Assembly (NCBI GenBank): GCA_022795155.1
Contig: JAAWGF010000001.1
Location: 74,826 to 138,825 of the forward strand
Source of the DNA: Bacilli bacterium
Lineage (GTDB): Bacteria > Bacillota_I > Bacilli_A > RF39 > UBA660
Direction of reading: 5' to 3'
Length of the DNA: 64,000 nt
Shown here: one piece after another, positions 27,914-38,413 of the stretch
Position numbering within the stretch: the first letter of the stretch is position 1
How the letters are laid out: each line of letters opens with the position of its first letter
Program-made: the position numbers and the translations under genes
Notes under the pieces: generated by a model
The model's database searches: none
Told to the model about the DNA's origin: nothing
Seen by the model: the letters and a program-made list of their open reading frames with translations, nothing else

Positions 27914-29161
27914 TTATCTTCTTAAAATTCTTCCTAGTGGTCTTGCATTGCGATAAATAAAATATAGAGAATTGTTTGTTATTAATTCTAAATCGCCAAT
28001 ATACTCATTAATATAAGCACCAAAATTTAATTTAAACTGTGTTAATCCTTTTAGATTATCATCAACTAAAATGTTTGGTAATCCACCAATATTAAATTTT
28101 TTATATCCTTCTTTAGCATATTTTTCAATTAGTTTCCAAATAAGTAAGTGTTTAGAATTAAATCTTTTATATTTTGGATCATGGCCATCCATCATCATAT
28201 AAATAGTATCATCATATTTAATAGTTAATATAGAAGCGACAACTACACCATTAGGATTATTACTCATAATATTAGTGGCATTAATTAAATTGGCTCTATA
28301 TTCGCTAGCTTGATTTTCAAGAGAAATTTTTTTAGCAATACTTCGTTTTGAATTATAATTTTTAGTCATAATGACATCATGATTAAATTTCTCACTTTCT
28401 TGAACTTTTAGCTGATATTTTAACTGTAAATTTTTAAGAAAATGATTTATATCTAATTTAGCATAATAAAAATCAATTTTATTACTTTTATTAAAGAAAA
28501 AATAGCAATCTTCATAATATCGTAAATCACGTGGATATTTATTTTGTGTTTCTAAATATAGATATTTTAAAGAACTCTGATTACCTTTATAGATTGTGAT
28601 ACCATTTCGATCAGCACTTCTTATTTTTGTACGATATTCTTTTTTTATATTAGCAAATATTTCATAATATGGCTTGTTAAGATCGATAATTGCTTCATAT
28701 CTTGGTTTTAAAGATTCAAAACCATTATTATAACCTAAATGATAATATCCTAATTTTTTTAAGGAACTAAATATATTATCAAAGTTTGGATTAGTATAAA
28801 TAATCTCTTTATTAGAATTATATATATTTTTAATAATTAATGGATTTATTTTAACAGCTATAACATTTAGTTTGCCCAAAAAACTTTTAATACCATTAGT
28901 AAATTCTTTTAGTATATTTGTATTGCTATAGTCCAATAAGAAACCTCTAGGTGCATAGGCATATTTAAACCCATCTAATTTCTCTATTAAAAAAATCGAG
29001 GCAGCTATAACTTGATTATTATCAATAAGTCCTAAAAAAATACTTTCAAAATTTTGTTTATTCATAATAAAAGCATATTCTTTGGTTTGATAGATAGATT
29101 TTTGCTCATAATTATTTGCAAATTCTGTAAATTCTTCATTAGTTAATTGTTTTATGATCAT
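27914..29161 (-). CDS. FemAB/FemX-family peptidoglycan interpeptide-bridge aminoacyltransferase
   Basis: YAPRGFLLDY, IIDL, coiled-coil insert, FNIGG, GLTQFKLNF, EYIGD; GGAGG RBS before ATG 29161. Confidence 0.88.
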   Translation of the reverse strand: MIIKQLTNEEFTEFANNYEQKSIYQTKEYAFIMNKQNFESIFLGLIDNNQVIAASIFLIEKLDGFKYAYAPRGFLLDYSNTNILKEFTNGIKSFLGKLNVIAVKINPLIIKNIYNSNKEIIYTNPNFDNIFSSLKKLGYYHLGYNNGFESLKPRYEAIIDLNKPYYEIFANIKKEYRTKIRSADRNGITIYKGNQSSLKYLYLETQNKYPRDLRYYEDCYFFFNKSNKIDFYYAKLDINHFLKNLQLKYQLKVQESEKFNHDVIMTKNYNSKRSIAKKISLENQASEYRANLINATNIMSNNPNGVVVASILTIKYDDTIYMMMDGHDPKYKRFNSKHLLIWKLIEKYAKEGYKKFNIGGLPNILVDDNLKGLTQFKLNFGAYINEYIGDLELITNNSLYFIYRNARPLGRILRR

Positions 29162-29337
29162 GTTATCATCCTCCACAACACGAATTATATCATTATAACA
29201 TACCTTATTAAAAAAATCAAAAACCATATAGCAATCGGCCTAAAAAATGTTAATTGCTAATTTTTTAAGCGATCCCTTATTTTAGTTGACATTAAATTAA
29301 AAATATGTTATATATAGTTAGAAGGGAAGTGTTAAAA

Positions 29338-29871
29338 GTGAATTCAAAGGAAATGACTACTAATGCATTTTTAAATACTGTAAGCGTTTGTGTAGATGAA
29401 TGGGTAGCTGAATCAAATATAAATTTTGAATCTATTTGTTATTCAATATTTTTATGTATTGATGGTAGCGTAGGTGGTCTACCAGGTTTTATATTAACAA
29501 AAAAAGGAGATAAAACAGATATAGGAGGGGGCCTTGCTTCTAGAATTTTACAAAATAATGAGACTATTGAAAATAATTTAAGCAAAGGCAATATATCTTT
29601 AGAAGAATTCGATTTTTTAAAGAAGATTGAATTGCTTAAACAAGAATGTGATGATGAATATTGCCAAACTAATCCTGGAGAAGTAGTGAATAAAATATTT
29701 GAAATAATAGACAAAGAATATGATTTATGTCCATACATAGAAGATGAAGACAAAGATATTTATCAAGAAGAAGCAAGTTTTTTCTTAGATAAAGCTAATA
29801 TAGCAGGCGATTTAGCACAAAATTGGAGGCAAGTGTTAGAAAATAAAAAGCAAAATTTTAGGCATCGTTAA
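29338..29871 (+). CDS. Acidic hypothetical protein (ORFan)
   Basis: Own TTGACA-N17-TATATA promoter (29286-29314) overlaps the ORF-track start, so GTG 29338 or ATG 29353 is preferred. Confidence 0.65.
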   Translation: MNSKEMTTNAFLNTVSVCVDEWVAESNINFESICYSIFLCIDGSVGGLPGFILTKKGDKTDIGGGLASRILQNNETIENNLSKGNISLEEFDFLKKIELLKQECDDEYCQTNPGEVVNKIFEIIDKEYDLCPYIEDEDKDIYQEEASFFLDKANIAGDLAQNWRQVLENKKQNFRHR

Positions 29872-30022
29872 AATTATATAATAGATAGAAAACTTTGATG
29901 ATAGACCAATTTAATATTGGTTTTTTCGTTTGTTATAATTTTTAAAATAAATTTTGATTATGGCATTATAAATTAATTATTTTAATAGTAAAAATAGTTA
30001 AATAAAAAAGAGTTTTTAACTC

Positions 30023-30208
30023 TTAATTATCACGTTTTTGGTAACTATTACACATAGTTGCTTCTTTTTCATGGTCATGACCACAATTACAAACCTCAAT
30101 TTTTTCTAATGAACAGCAATTATCATGGCAATCACAAAATTTGCAATCATGAACTTCACAACCAATTTCTTGTTTGTTAGTGTTTTTTTCTTTTTCCAAT
30201 TTAATCAC
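30023..30208 (-). CDS. DUF1540-type small Cys-rich protein
   Basis: IGCEVHDCKF...CSLEKIEV...TMCNSY. Confidence 0.75.
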   Translation of the reverse strand: MIKLEKEKNTNKQEIGCEVHDCKFCDCHDNCCSLEKIEVCNCGHDHEKEATMCNSYQKRDN

Positions 30209-30286
30209 CCATTGATATTATTCTCTTGAATAAATTTTTTATTCATAAAAATAGTTTTTGCTAATAGTATTAACTAGGTGAAGAAA

Positions 30287-31201
30287 ATGGACAAGATAAA
30301 AATTGGAATACCACGAGCCTTACATTATTATTATTTAGGTAATCTTTGGAAAAATTATTTTGAAAATATTAATTGTGAGGTCATAGTTAGTCCGCCAACT
30401 AATCGTGATATTATTAATAACGGTATTAAGTACGCAAATGATGAAATGTGTTTAGCTTTAAAAATTTATTTAGGTCATATCGCTTATTTAAAAGATAAAT
30501 GTGATTATATTTTAGTACCTAGAATTGATAAGTATGACGTTAATAATCAAACTTGCACCAATTTTTTGGCTATTTATGATATTGTTAATAATTTATTTAA
30601 TTGCAAATTATTAAATTATAATATTGATGTTAAAAATAAAGAAAATGATTTTGTGGGCTTAGTTGAAATTGGTCAAGTATTTGGCTTATCAACAAGTCAG
30701 GCAATTAGGGCTTATAATAAAGCATTAGATAGTGCTGATAAAATTAAAAGTAAAGACATAATTATTAATACTAAAAAGTTGGAGAGTCATGATTTAAAAG
30801 TTTTATTAGTAAGTCATCCATATGTTATTTATGACCAATATTTTGGTATGCCAATTATTAAAATGTTAAAAAATTTTAATGCTGAAATAATTTATAGTGA
30901 TAAATTTGATGATAAACGTACTAATTCTTTAGCGTCCAAAATATCCAATACGCTTTATTGGAAATTTAGTCGCGATGAACTAGGTTCAATAGAGTTAGTA
31001 AAAAAATTAGTAGATGGGGTGATTTTTATATCTTCATTTCCTTGTGGACCGGATTCTTTAGCAAATGAGCTAGCGATGCGTCGAATTGATTTGCCTTATT
31101 TAAATATCATTATTGATGATATTGATGCTTTAACAGGAATAGAAACTCGTATAGAAAGTTTTGTTGACATACTCAATGCCAAAAAACAATCAAAGCGATA
31201 A
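30287..31201 (+). CDS. Acyl-CoA dehydratase activase-related protein (DUF2229-type reductase domain)
   Basis: KIGIPRAL, CLALKIYLGH, VSHPY, SFPCGPDS, TRIESF. Confidence 0.8.
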   Translation: MDKIKIGIPRALHYYYLGNLWKNYFENINCEVIVSPPTNRDIINNGIKYANDEMCLALKIYLGHIAYLKDKCDYILVPRIDKYDVNNQTCTNFLAIYDIVNNLFNCKLLNYNIDVKNKENDFVGLVEIGQVFGLSTSQAIRAYNKALDSADKIKSKDIIINTKKLESHDLKVLLVSHPYVIYDQYFGMPIIKMLKNFNAEIIYSDKFDDKRTNSLASKISNTLYWKFSRDELGSIELVKKLVDGVIFISSFPCGPDSLANELAMRRIDLPYLNIIIDDIDALTGIETRIESFVDILNAKKQSKR

Positions 31202-32261
31202 AAAAATATTGTCATTCCCACATATGGGAAATTATTATATTCCTGTTAAATATTTATTTAAACATATTTTTAGCTGTGAAATTATGTCGCCACCTAATAT
31301 TACAACTAAAACAATTGAATTAGGCAGTAAGTATAGTCCTGAATTTGTGTGTACACCTTTTAAATATACATTGGGAACATTTATTGAATCATTAGAACGT
31401 GGCGCTAATGTTTTAGTTCAAGCAGGTGGTGGATGCCGATATGGTTATTATAGTGAATTGCAAGAACAAATATTAAAAGATTTAGGATATGAATTTACTT
31501 TTGTTAATTTTGTAACAGCAGGTAATAGAAATATTAAAAATATTTTAAATGAAATTAGAAAGTTTGAACCCAAATTTAAAAAAATAAGAGCTTTATATTA
31601 TCTTTTTATAACTTCTAAAATGATTAAGTATATGGATAATATTGATCATTATATTAGAGCCAATATTGGCTTTGAAGTTGAAAAGGATAGCTTTATTAAA
31701 TTAAATAATCGTATGTTAAGAGATTTTAGTAAGGTAAAATCTTATTATCAACTTAGAAAATTATATAAAAGTTATTTTATGAAATTTAAAGAATTAAAAG
31801 TTAATAAGCCTGATAATTGTTTAAAGGTGGGTATTATTGGTGAGTTGTATACAGTTATGGAACCATTTGCTAATTATTATTTAGAACGCGAATTGGCTAG
31901 TTATAATATTGAGATAAAGCGTTATACTAATGCCCACTATCTTGTTTTTGAAAAAACTAAGGAAGTTAAGAAATATTTAAAATATGCTAGTGAATATATA
32001 AAATATCGAATGGGAGCTGATGCTCACGACAATATTGGAAGAACTAAATATCTTTGTACACACGGTTTTGATGGGATTATTCATATTAAATCGTCATTTT
32101 GTACTCCTGAAATAGGTGCGATGCCAATAATTAATAAAATATGTAAGCAATATAATGTACCAGTTATTTATTTCAGTTTTGATGCTAATACATCAGAGGT
32201 AGGAATAAAAACACGCATTGAAGCTTTTTACGATATGATTGAAATGAGGAGGGAAAAATGA
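31176..32261 (+). CDS. 2-hydroxyacyl-CoA dehydratase-like protein (start uncertain)
   Basis: SFPHMGN, SPEFVCTPFK..LG, GGGCRYGYY, VGIIGELY, SFCTPE, TRIEAFYDM. Confidence 0.8.
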   Translation: MPKNNQSDKKILSFPHMGNYYIPVKYLFKHIFSCEIMSPPNITTKTIELGSKYSPEFVCTPFKYTLGTFIESLERGANVLVQAGGGCRYGYYSELQEQILKDLGYEFTFVNFVTAGNRNIKNILNEIRKFEPKFKKIRALYYLFITSKMIKYMDNIDHYIRANIGFEVEKDSFIKLNNRMLRDFSKVKSYYQLRKLYKSYFMKFKELKVNKPDNCLKVGIIGELYTVMEPFANYYLERELASYNIEIKRYTNAHYLVFEKTKEVKKYLKYASEYIKYRMGADAHDNIGRTKYLCTHGFDGIIHIKSSFCTPEIGAMPIINKICKQYNVPVIYFSFDANTSEVGIKTRIEAFYDMIEMRREK

Positions 32262-33205
32262 AAGAATGTTATTTAGGTGTGGATATAGGTTCTATTTCTA
32301 CTAAAGGTGTCATTATTGATAATGACAACAAGATTATTAAATCTCTTTATATTTGGACAGAAGGAAATCCTGTAAATGCTGTAAAAAGATTAATTGGTGA
32401 ATTAAAAAAGAATTTGCCTAAATCGATTATAATTAAAGGTATTGGGACCACTGGTAGTGCAAGAAAGTTAATTGGTCTTATGTTAGATGCCAATATTGTT
32501 AAAAATGAAATTACAGCTCATGCTGTTGGTACTTTATCACGTATTCCTAATGTTAGAACAATTTTGGAGATTGGTGGTCAAGATTCAAAAATAATTTTAC
32601 TTGATAATGGAATTATTACGGATTATTCTATGAATACACTTTGTGCAGCTGGGACAGGTTCATTTTTATCAAGCCAAGCTAAAAGATTAGGAGTGGATGT
32701 TGAAGAATTTGGCGAACTTGCACTTAAAAGTGAAAATCCAGTTAAAATTGCGGCTCGTTGTACTGTATTTGCTGAATCTGATTTAATTCATAAAGCTCAA
32801 ATTGGTTATGATAAAAAGGATATTATTGCGGGATTGTGTCGTAGTGTTGTTATTAATTATTTAAATAATGTTGGTAAGGGTAAAAAAATTAAAGGACCAA
32901 TTGTTTTTCAAGGTGGTGTGAGTAAGAATAAGGGAGTTTTAAAATATTTTAAAGAGATTTTGAATGAAGATGTTATAGTTGACGACGATAGTCATTTAAT
33001 GGGGGCTTTAGGTATTGCGATACTATCGAAAAAATATAAAACTAATAAAACTTATAATTTAGATATTAATAATATTTCTTTTGAAACGATTGGTAGTGAG
33101 TGTAAAGGTTGTGCTAATAACTGTGAGGTTTTAAAAATATATAAAGATAAAGTATTAATTGACTCTTTTGGTAATAAATGTCCAAAGGGTGCTGTCAAAT
33201 CATAA
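32258..33205 (+). CDS. CoA-substrate-specific enzyme activase (BadF/BadG/BcrA/BcrD ATPase)
   Basis: LGVDIGSISTK, TTGSAR, EITAH, IGGQDSK, CAAGTGSFL, RCTVFAES; C-terminal CKGCANNC. Confidence 0.9.
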   Translation: MKECYLGVDIGSISTKGVIIDNDNKIIKSLYIWTEGNPVNAVKRLIGELKKNLPKSIIIKGIGTTGSARKLIGLMLDANIVKNEITAHAVGTLSRIPNVRTILEIGGQDSKIILLDNGIITDYSMNTLCAAGTGSFLSSQAKRLGVDVEEFGELALKSENPVKIAARCTVFAESDLIHKAQIGYDKKDIIAGLCRSVVINYLNNVGKGKKIKGPIVFQGGVSKNKGVLKYFKEILNEDVIVDDDSHLMGALGIAILSKKYKTNKTYNLDINNISFETIGSECKGCANNCEVLKIYKDKVLIDSFGNKCPKGAVKS

Positions 33206-33268
33206 AAAAATTATTGACTTTACTAAAACTTTAGTGTATAAATGGAATTAACAAAAAGGAAGTGGATT

Positions 33269-35293
33269 ATGCATCAGAATCTTGTAATTGTTGAATCACC
33301 TAGTAAATCAAAAACAATTGAGAAATATTTAGGTAAAGATTATAAAGTAGTATCTAGCAAAGGTCATATTAGAGATTTATCAACTAAGGGTAAGTATGGG
33401 CTTGGTATTGATGTTGAAAGTGATTTTAAACCGGATTATGTGACTATTAAAGGTAAAAAAGCCGTTATTACAGATTTAAAAAAGGATGTTAAAAATGCTG
33501 ATTTTGTCTATTTGGCTACTGACCCCGATCGTGAGGGGGAAGCAATTTCATGGCATTTATATGATTGTTTAGGTCTAAATACGGATAATTATGAACGTGT
33601 TGTTTTTAATGAGATAACAAAAAATGCTGTCTTAGAAGCTTTTAAGCATTCACGAAAAATTGATCAAAATTTGGTTAATTCGCAAGAAACGAGAAGAATG
33701 TTAGATAGAATTATTGGCTTTAGGTTAAGCAAATTAATGCAAGCTAAAACATCAGGATCTAGTGCTGGTCGAGTACAGAGTGTTGCGCTAAAGCTTATTG
33801 TTGATAGGGAAAGAGAAATAGAAAGTTTTAAACCAGAAGAATATTGGAAGATAAGTGCTAATTTTGAGGATTTTAAAGCCGATTTAGATAAATATAATCA
33901 TAAAGATATTGAATTAAAAAATGAAAAAGATGCCAATAAAGTTTTAAAGGATTTAACTAATGAATTTCAAATAAGTAGTATTGATACAAAAAGTAAAAAT
34001 AGAAAATCGCCAGCACCATTTATAACTAGTACTTTACAACAGGTAGCTTCAAATAAACTGAATATGAGTGCTAAAAAGACGATGTCGATTGCTCAGAAGT
34101 TATATGAAGGTATTGAACTTGAAAATGAAACAGTTGGTTTAATTACCTATATGCGTACTGATTCAATTCGCTTATCTAATGAATTTATTTCTGCTACTCA
34201 AAGTTATATTAAAAAGGAATTTGGCGATGATTATGTTGGAAGTGTAAAAGTTTCTAAAAAAACAGAAAATGTTCAAGATGCTCATGAGGCGATTCGACCT
34301 TCTAGTATTGAAAGAACACCTTTAAAAGTTAAGCCATATCTGACAGCTGATGAGTATAAATTATATCGTTTAATTTACAATCGTGCTTTGGCTTCTTTAA
34401 TGAAAGATGCTAAAACAGATAATACAGTTGTTATATTAGATAATAATAATTATCAGTTTAAAACAACAGGTCAAATTTTGACATTTGATGGTTATTTAAA
34501 AGTATATGGCGATTATGAGGATACGACTAATGAAGATTTGCCTAAATTAAAAGAAAAAGAAGTTTTATTAACTAATGATATTACGACTGAACAACATTTT
34601 ACAAAACCACCAGCTAGGTATAGTGAAGCTAAGTTAATTAAAGAATTAGAGGAACTGGGAATTGGTAGACCAAGTACTTATGCTACAATCATGGATACAA
34701 TAAAAACTCGTGGTTATGTTAATATTGAAGAAAAACGATTTATTCCGACAGATATTGGAATTGAAATAACCGATAAACTTCAAGAATGTTTTAGTCATAT
34801 TATAAACGTTAAATATACGGCTAATATGGAATCTGATTTGGATAAAATAGCTGAAGGAGATATTAATTGGGTTAAAGTATTAAGGCAATTTTATGATGAG
34901 TTTGAGCCTTCCGTTAAAGAGGCATTTACCAAAATGACTAAAAAGCCTCCAGAGGAAACCGGGGAGTTATGCCCTAATTGTGGTAATGCTTTAGTTATAA
35001 GAAAAGGACGCTATGGCTCTTTTACAGCTTGTAGTAATTATCCTGAATGTAAATATATTAAGGCGGAACAAAAAGAGCTTATAGAAGTCTGTGATTGCCC
35101 AAATTGTGATGGAAAAATTATTGAAAGAAAAAGTAAACGTGGAAAATTATTTTATGGCTGTAATAATTATCCAAAATGTAAAACAGCTTATTGGGATAAA
35201 CCCATTGGTGAAATGTGTCCAAAATGTAATAGTATGTTGACAATAAAAAAAGATCAGGTTAAGTGTAGTAGTTGTGATTATATAAAGGAATAA
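33269..35293 (+). CDS. topA: DNA topoisomerase I
   Basis: LVIVESPSK, ATDPDREGEAI, SAGRVQS, ITYMRTDS, C-terminal C4 zinc ribbons. Confidence 0.98.
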   Translation: MHQNLVIVESPSKSKTIEKYLGKDYKVVSSKGHIRDLSTKGKYGLGIDVESDFKPDYVTIKGKKAVITDLKKDVKNADFVYLATDPDREGEAISWHLYDCLGLNTDNYERVVFNEITKNAVLEAFKHSRKIDQNLVNSQETRRMLDRIIGFRLSKLMQAKTSGSSAGRVQSVALKLIVDREREIESFKPEEYWKISANFEDFKADLDKYNHKDIELKNEKDANKVLKDLTNEFQISSIDTKSKNRKSPAPFITSTLQQVASNKLNMSAKKTMSIAQKLYEGIELENETVGLITYMRTDSIRLSNEFISATQSYIKKEFGDDYVGSVKVSKKTENVQDAHEAIRPSSIERTPLKVKPYLTADEYKLYRLIYNRALASLMKDAKTDNTVVILDNNNYQFKTTGQILTFDGYLKVYGDYEDTTNEDLPKLKEKEVLLTNDITTEQHFTKPPARYSEAKLIKELEELGIGRPSTYATIMDTIKTRGYVNIEEKRFIPTDIGIEITDKLQECFSHIINVKYTANMESDLDKIAEGDINWVKVLRQFYDEFEPSVKEAFTKMTKKPPEETGELCPNCGNALVIRKGRYGSFTACSNYPECKYIKAEQKELIEVCDCPNCDGKIIERKSKRGKLFYGCNNYPKCKTAYWDKPIGEMCPKCNSMLTIKKDQVKCSSCDYIKE

Positions 35294-35388
35294 TGTATAA
35301 TTGTTTCTTTTTTTATTGAAATTTTTAAAATATTATGTTATGTTTGATATAGTAGTATGATATAAGATTGTGAGGTGTATTAAAAAAT

Positions 35389-36474
35389 ATGAATAATAAT
35401 GAACAAGTAAATCAAGATTTATTTGATATATTAGAAAGTCATCATCAGGATGTTCATAATAAACAAGTACTTGATAAATATGAACTTGCAAAAAAAGAGT
35501 GTTCAAAACTAATAAAAGCTAAACTTAGTATTAGTAAAAAACAAGTTGCAAAAGTTGTTGGGTTAGCACTTGGAACGGTTGTTGTTTTTTCAGGATTTAT
35601 GAATTTTATAAGGATTAATAATATTGAAAAGTCATTGAATAATGATACTACAGTTGTAGAGGAAGACACATCTGTTAATGAAGATACAGTTGTATCTACT
35701 CCAGATATAGTATTTTATGATACGGAAATAGAAAAACCAATTGAAGATAAATCTCCAGAATTACCTAAAATTGAATTATTTGATGTAGGCAATAATAAAT
35801 ATATAGACTATGTTTATAATTATATGGATACTAGTGAGTATGAGCTTTTTGAAGAAAGTTCTTCTATTTATAAAGTACCTTCACAAATTATGGTAGCTAT
35901 CGGTATGCAAGAGGCGGCTTTAAATCATAATGAATGTTTACCTAATGGTAAATATTATAATGGCTGTGCGATTGGAATATTACAATTAGAACAAAACTGT
36001 AATAATGCCGTAAGTGCCTATAATTATCTGTCTAATTTCGAGGAAGATGTTAGATATACTGATGAAGAATTGTGTAATATAGAGAATAATATCCAAGTGG
36101 GTTGTATGAGATTTCAGCAAGCAATTGAAAAATATGAAGGCAATGTCTATGTCGCGATTCAAGCTCATAATTATGGTCAAATAATGATGGATAAAGCTTT
36201 AAATTGTGCCGCCTTAGAAAAAGGCGTAGAAGTAACAGAATTATTAAATGATTATCAGGATTTAACTTGGTTAAAATATGTTAAGGATATTCATAATAAT
36301 CCTAAAAAATATTTAGAGTCTTGGCAGTATGATACTTATGGTAGTGGGGATTATTTATCGAGAATTTTAAGTTATTGTCCTACTGATAAAGTTACTTATC
36401 AATATAATGGAAATGAAGTTACATTTGATTTAAGATATGGCATTAGTGAAATAGTAAATAATAAATATAAGTGA
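35389..36474 (+). CDS. Membrane-anchored lytic transglycosylase (SLT/lysozyme-like) protein
   Basis: One TM; AIGMQE, GILQL, NIQVG, AIQAHNYG motifs. Confidence 0.7.
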   Translation: MNNNEQVNQDLFDILESHHQDVHNKQVLDKYELAKKECSKLIKAKLSISKKQVAKVVGLALGTVVVFSGFMNFIRINNIEKSLNNDTTVVEEDTSVNEDTVVSTPDIVFYDTEIEKPIEDKSPELPKIELFDVGNNKYIDYVYNYMDTSEYELFEESSSIYKVPSQIMVAIGMQEAALNHNECLPNGKYYNGCAIGILQLEQNCNNAVSAYNYLSNFEEDVRYTDEELCNIENNIQVGCMRFQQAIEKYEGNVYVAIQAHNYGQIMMDKALNCAALEKGVEVTELLNDYQDLTWLKYVKDIHNNPKKYLESWQYDTYGSGDYLSRILSYCPTDKVTYQYNGNEVTFDLRYGISEIVNNKYK

Positions 36475-36574
36475 TTAAATTAACAATTGAATAAATTGTT
36501 TTTTTTATTGAATTTTATAACGTTTACTTTTTTTACAATTTTTGTTATATTTAATGATAGATGGAAGTGGTATT

Positions 36575-38344
36575 ATGAAGAAGGTATGTAATTTTATTTG
36601 TAAGTATAAATATCAAGCTTTATTAGTACTCTTATATTTAGTATTATTTTATCAAATGCAAAATGTCTTTTTTTATGGTGATGATTATGAAATATTATAT
36701 CCATATCATAATTCACATGATTTTTTTAATGTTTTAAATTTTGTTATGAATAAAATGCATTATTTTTGGTATGAATGGTCTGGGAGAATTGCAGTTCATT
36801 TTACGGCTACTTTTGGTTCGTCAATGTTTGGAATTTCTTTTTTTAAATTTTTAAATCCTATAATGATTTTTACTTTTTGTTATTTGTTGACTAAAATATT
36901 TTCTTTGTTTAAAGATTGTAATTTTTATAAAGTTTTGACTGTTATATCATTATGTGTTATCGGTTTAAATATTAGTATTTCTCGAGATACTTTATATTGG
37001 CTATCATCAACTATACCATATATTTGGTTTTTTAATTTAACATTATTAACTATATATATAGTATATAAGAATTACTTGTTGGGTAATAATATATCTAAGG
37101 GGCATTTTTTAATTTTAGTTTTAATTTGTATTACGCAAACGTTTGCTTTAGAACAAATTACTTTTATTTTATTATCATTTTTTTCAGTTATGCTATTTTT
37201 TGCTGATAAAACTAAAATTAATCGTAAACAATTGTTTATATTGTTATGCTTAACAATTATTAGTTTTTTAATAGTATCGTTTTGTCCGGGAAATATTTCT
37301 AGGTCAGATGTTCAAAATACGGAATTAGTTGGTTTTTCTTATTTAGAAATTTTATTAGGAAAATGTTACAAGTTTCTTTGTTATATGTTAGATACTAATT
37401 GTTTAGGTAGTTATGTATTAGTATTGAGTATATTAGTTAAAAATGTTTATGATAATAGTTATAAACTAAATAAAACTAGTCTGTCATCAATTATTTTTTA
37501 TGTTTATTTTATAATTGTTCTATTTAATATATTTTTCCCTAATAGTAACACTTTTTTAAATTTTGCTGATTCAATTGATACATTAGAATTTGGTAGTTTA
37601 AATTATATGGCTATTATTTTTCAAATATTTATCTTTAGCTGTTTTTTGCTTAATTTAATATATATGATATTTAAAACCTTAAAAAAAGAAAAACGCTTTT
37701 TTCTAAATGCTTTTTTGATTTCGTTAATTTCTTCAATGATGCCAATTTTATGTGTTAGATTTGTTACTCTACGTTATTTTATTTATCCGTTAATAGTAGT
37801 AATTATTCTTAGTATTTTATACTATGAATCTAATTTTGAAAATAAGGACTTTAAAATAGAAAATATTATTTTACTTGGTATAAGTTTGGGATTTAAATGG
37901 GCAATTATAGTTTGTTTAATAGTAACATTAATACATGTTTTTGTATTTAAGAATGCTAGAATTAAGATATTTGGTTATTTAATTATGATGATTTTATTTT
38001 ATAATATAATAACAACTTTAGTTGGGTATTATAAAAATGGCATCATTTATCGAAAAAATATTGAATCATTTGTAAATGCAGTTGCTGATAAACCAATATT
38101 TTTGGAAGAGGTTCCTTATGAGAATCGATTGTATACATGGCATGCGATTGAACTTGATTATAATCATATAAGGCAATATTATGGCTTTTATTTAGAAGAT
38201 TTTTATGAAAATTATTATGGAATTAATGTCGAAAATGTTTATATTTATCATAATGTCAATTCTTGCCAAATTAATTATGTTTATTTAGGTAGATATGATT
38301 ATGACCAATTTTTAAAATATAATTATTCGGTCGAAAGTTGTTAA
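36575..38344 (+). CDS. Polytopic membrane protein, DUF6056/GT-C-like
   Basis: YGDDY in first loop, WSGR, YWLSST..Y.W, CPGN..R; about 12 TMs. Confidence 0.5.
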   Translation: MKKVCNFICKYKYQALLVLLYLVLFYQMQNVFFYGDDYEILYPYHNSHDFFNVLNFVMNKMHYFWYEWSGRIAVHFTATFGSSMFGISFFKFLNPIMIFTFCYLLTKIFSLFKDCNFYKVLTVISLCVIGLNISISRDTLYWLSSTIPYIWFFNLTLLTIYIVYKNYLLGNNISKGHFLILVLICITQTFALEQITFILLSFFSVMLFFADKTKINRKQLFILLCLTIISFLIVSFCPGNISRSDVQNTELVGFSYLEILLGKCYKFLCYMLDTNCLGSYVLVLSILVKNVYDNSYKLNKTSLSSIIFYVYFIIVLFNIFFPNSNTFLNFADSIDTLEFGSLNYMAIIFQIFIFSCFLLNLIYMIFKTLKKEKRFFLNAFLISLISSMMPILCVRFVTLRYFIYPLIVVIILSILYYESNFENKDFKIENIILLGISLGFKWAIIVCLIVTLIHVFVFKNARIKIFGYLIMMILFYNIITTLVGYYKNGIIYRKNIESFVNAVADKPIFLEEVPYENRLYTWHAIELDYNHIRQYYGFYLEDFYENYYGINVENVYIYHNVNSCQINYVYLGRYDYDQFLKYNYSVESC

Positions 38345-38413
38345 TTTGTATTGTTTTACTTATTTACATTAAATAGAAAATAATATATAATAACATTTAA
38401 GTGAAGTGATAAT

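Noticed and set aside
31161-31201. Programmed frameshift joining the first two dehydratase-cluster genes at an A-run
   Set aside because: Both halves match separately encoded homolog patterns and an in-frame ATG exists at 31176.
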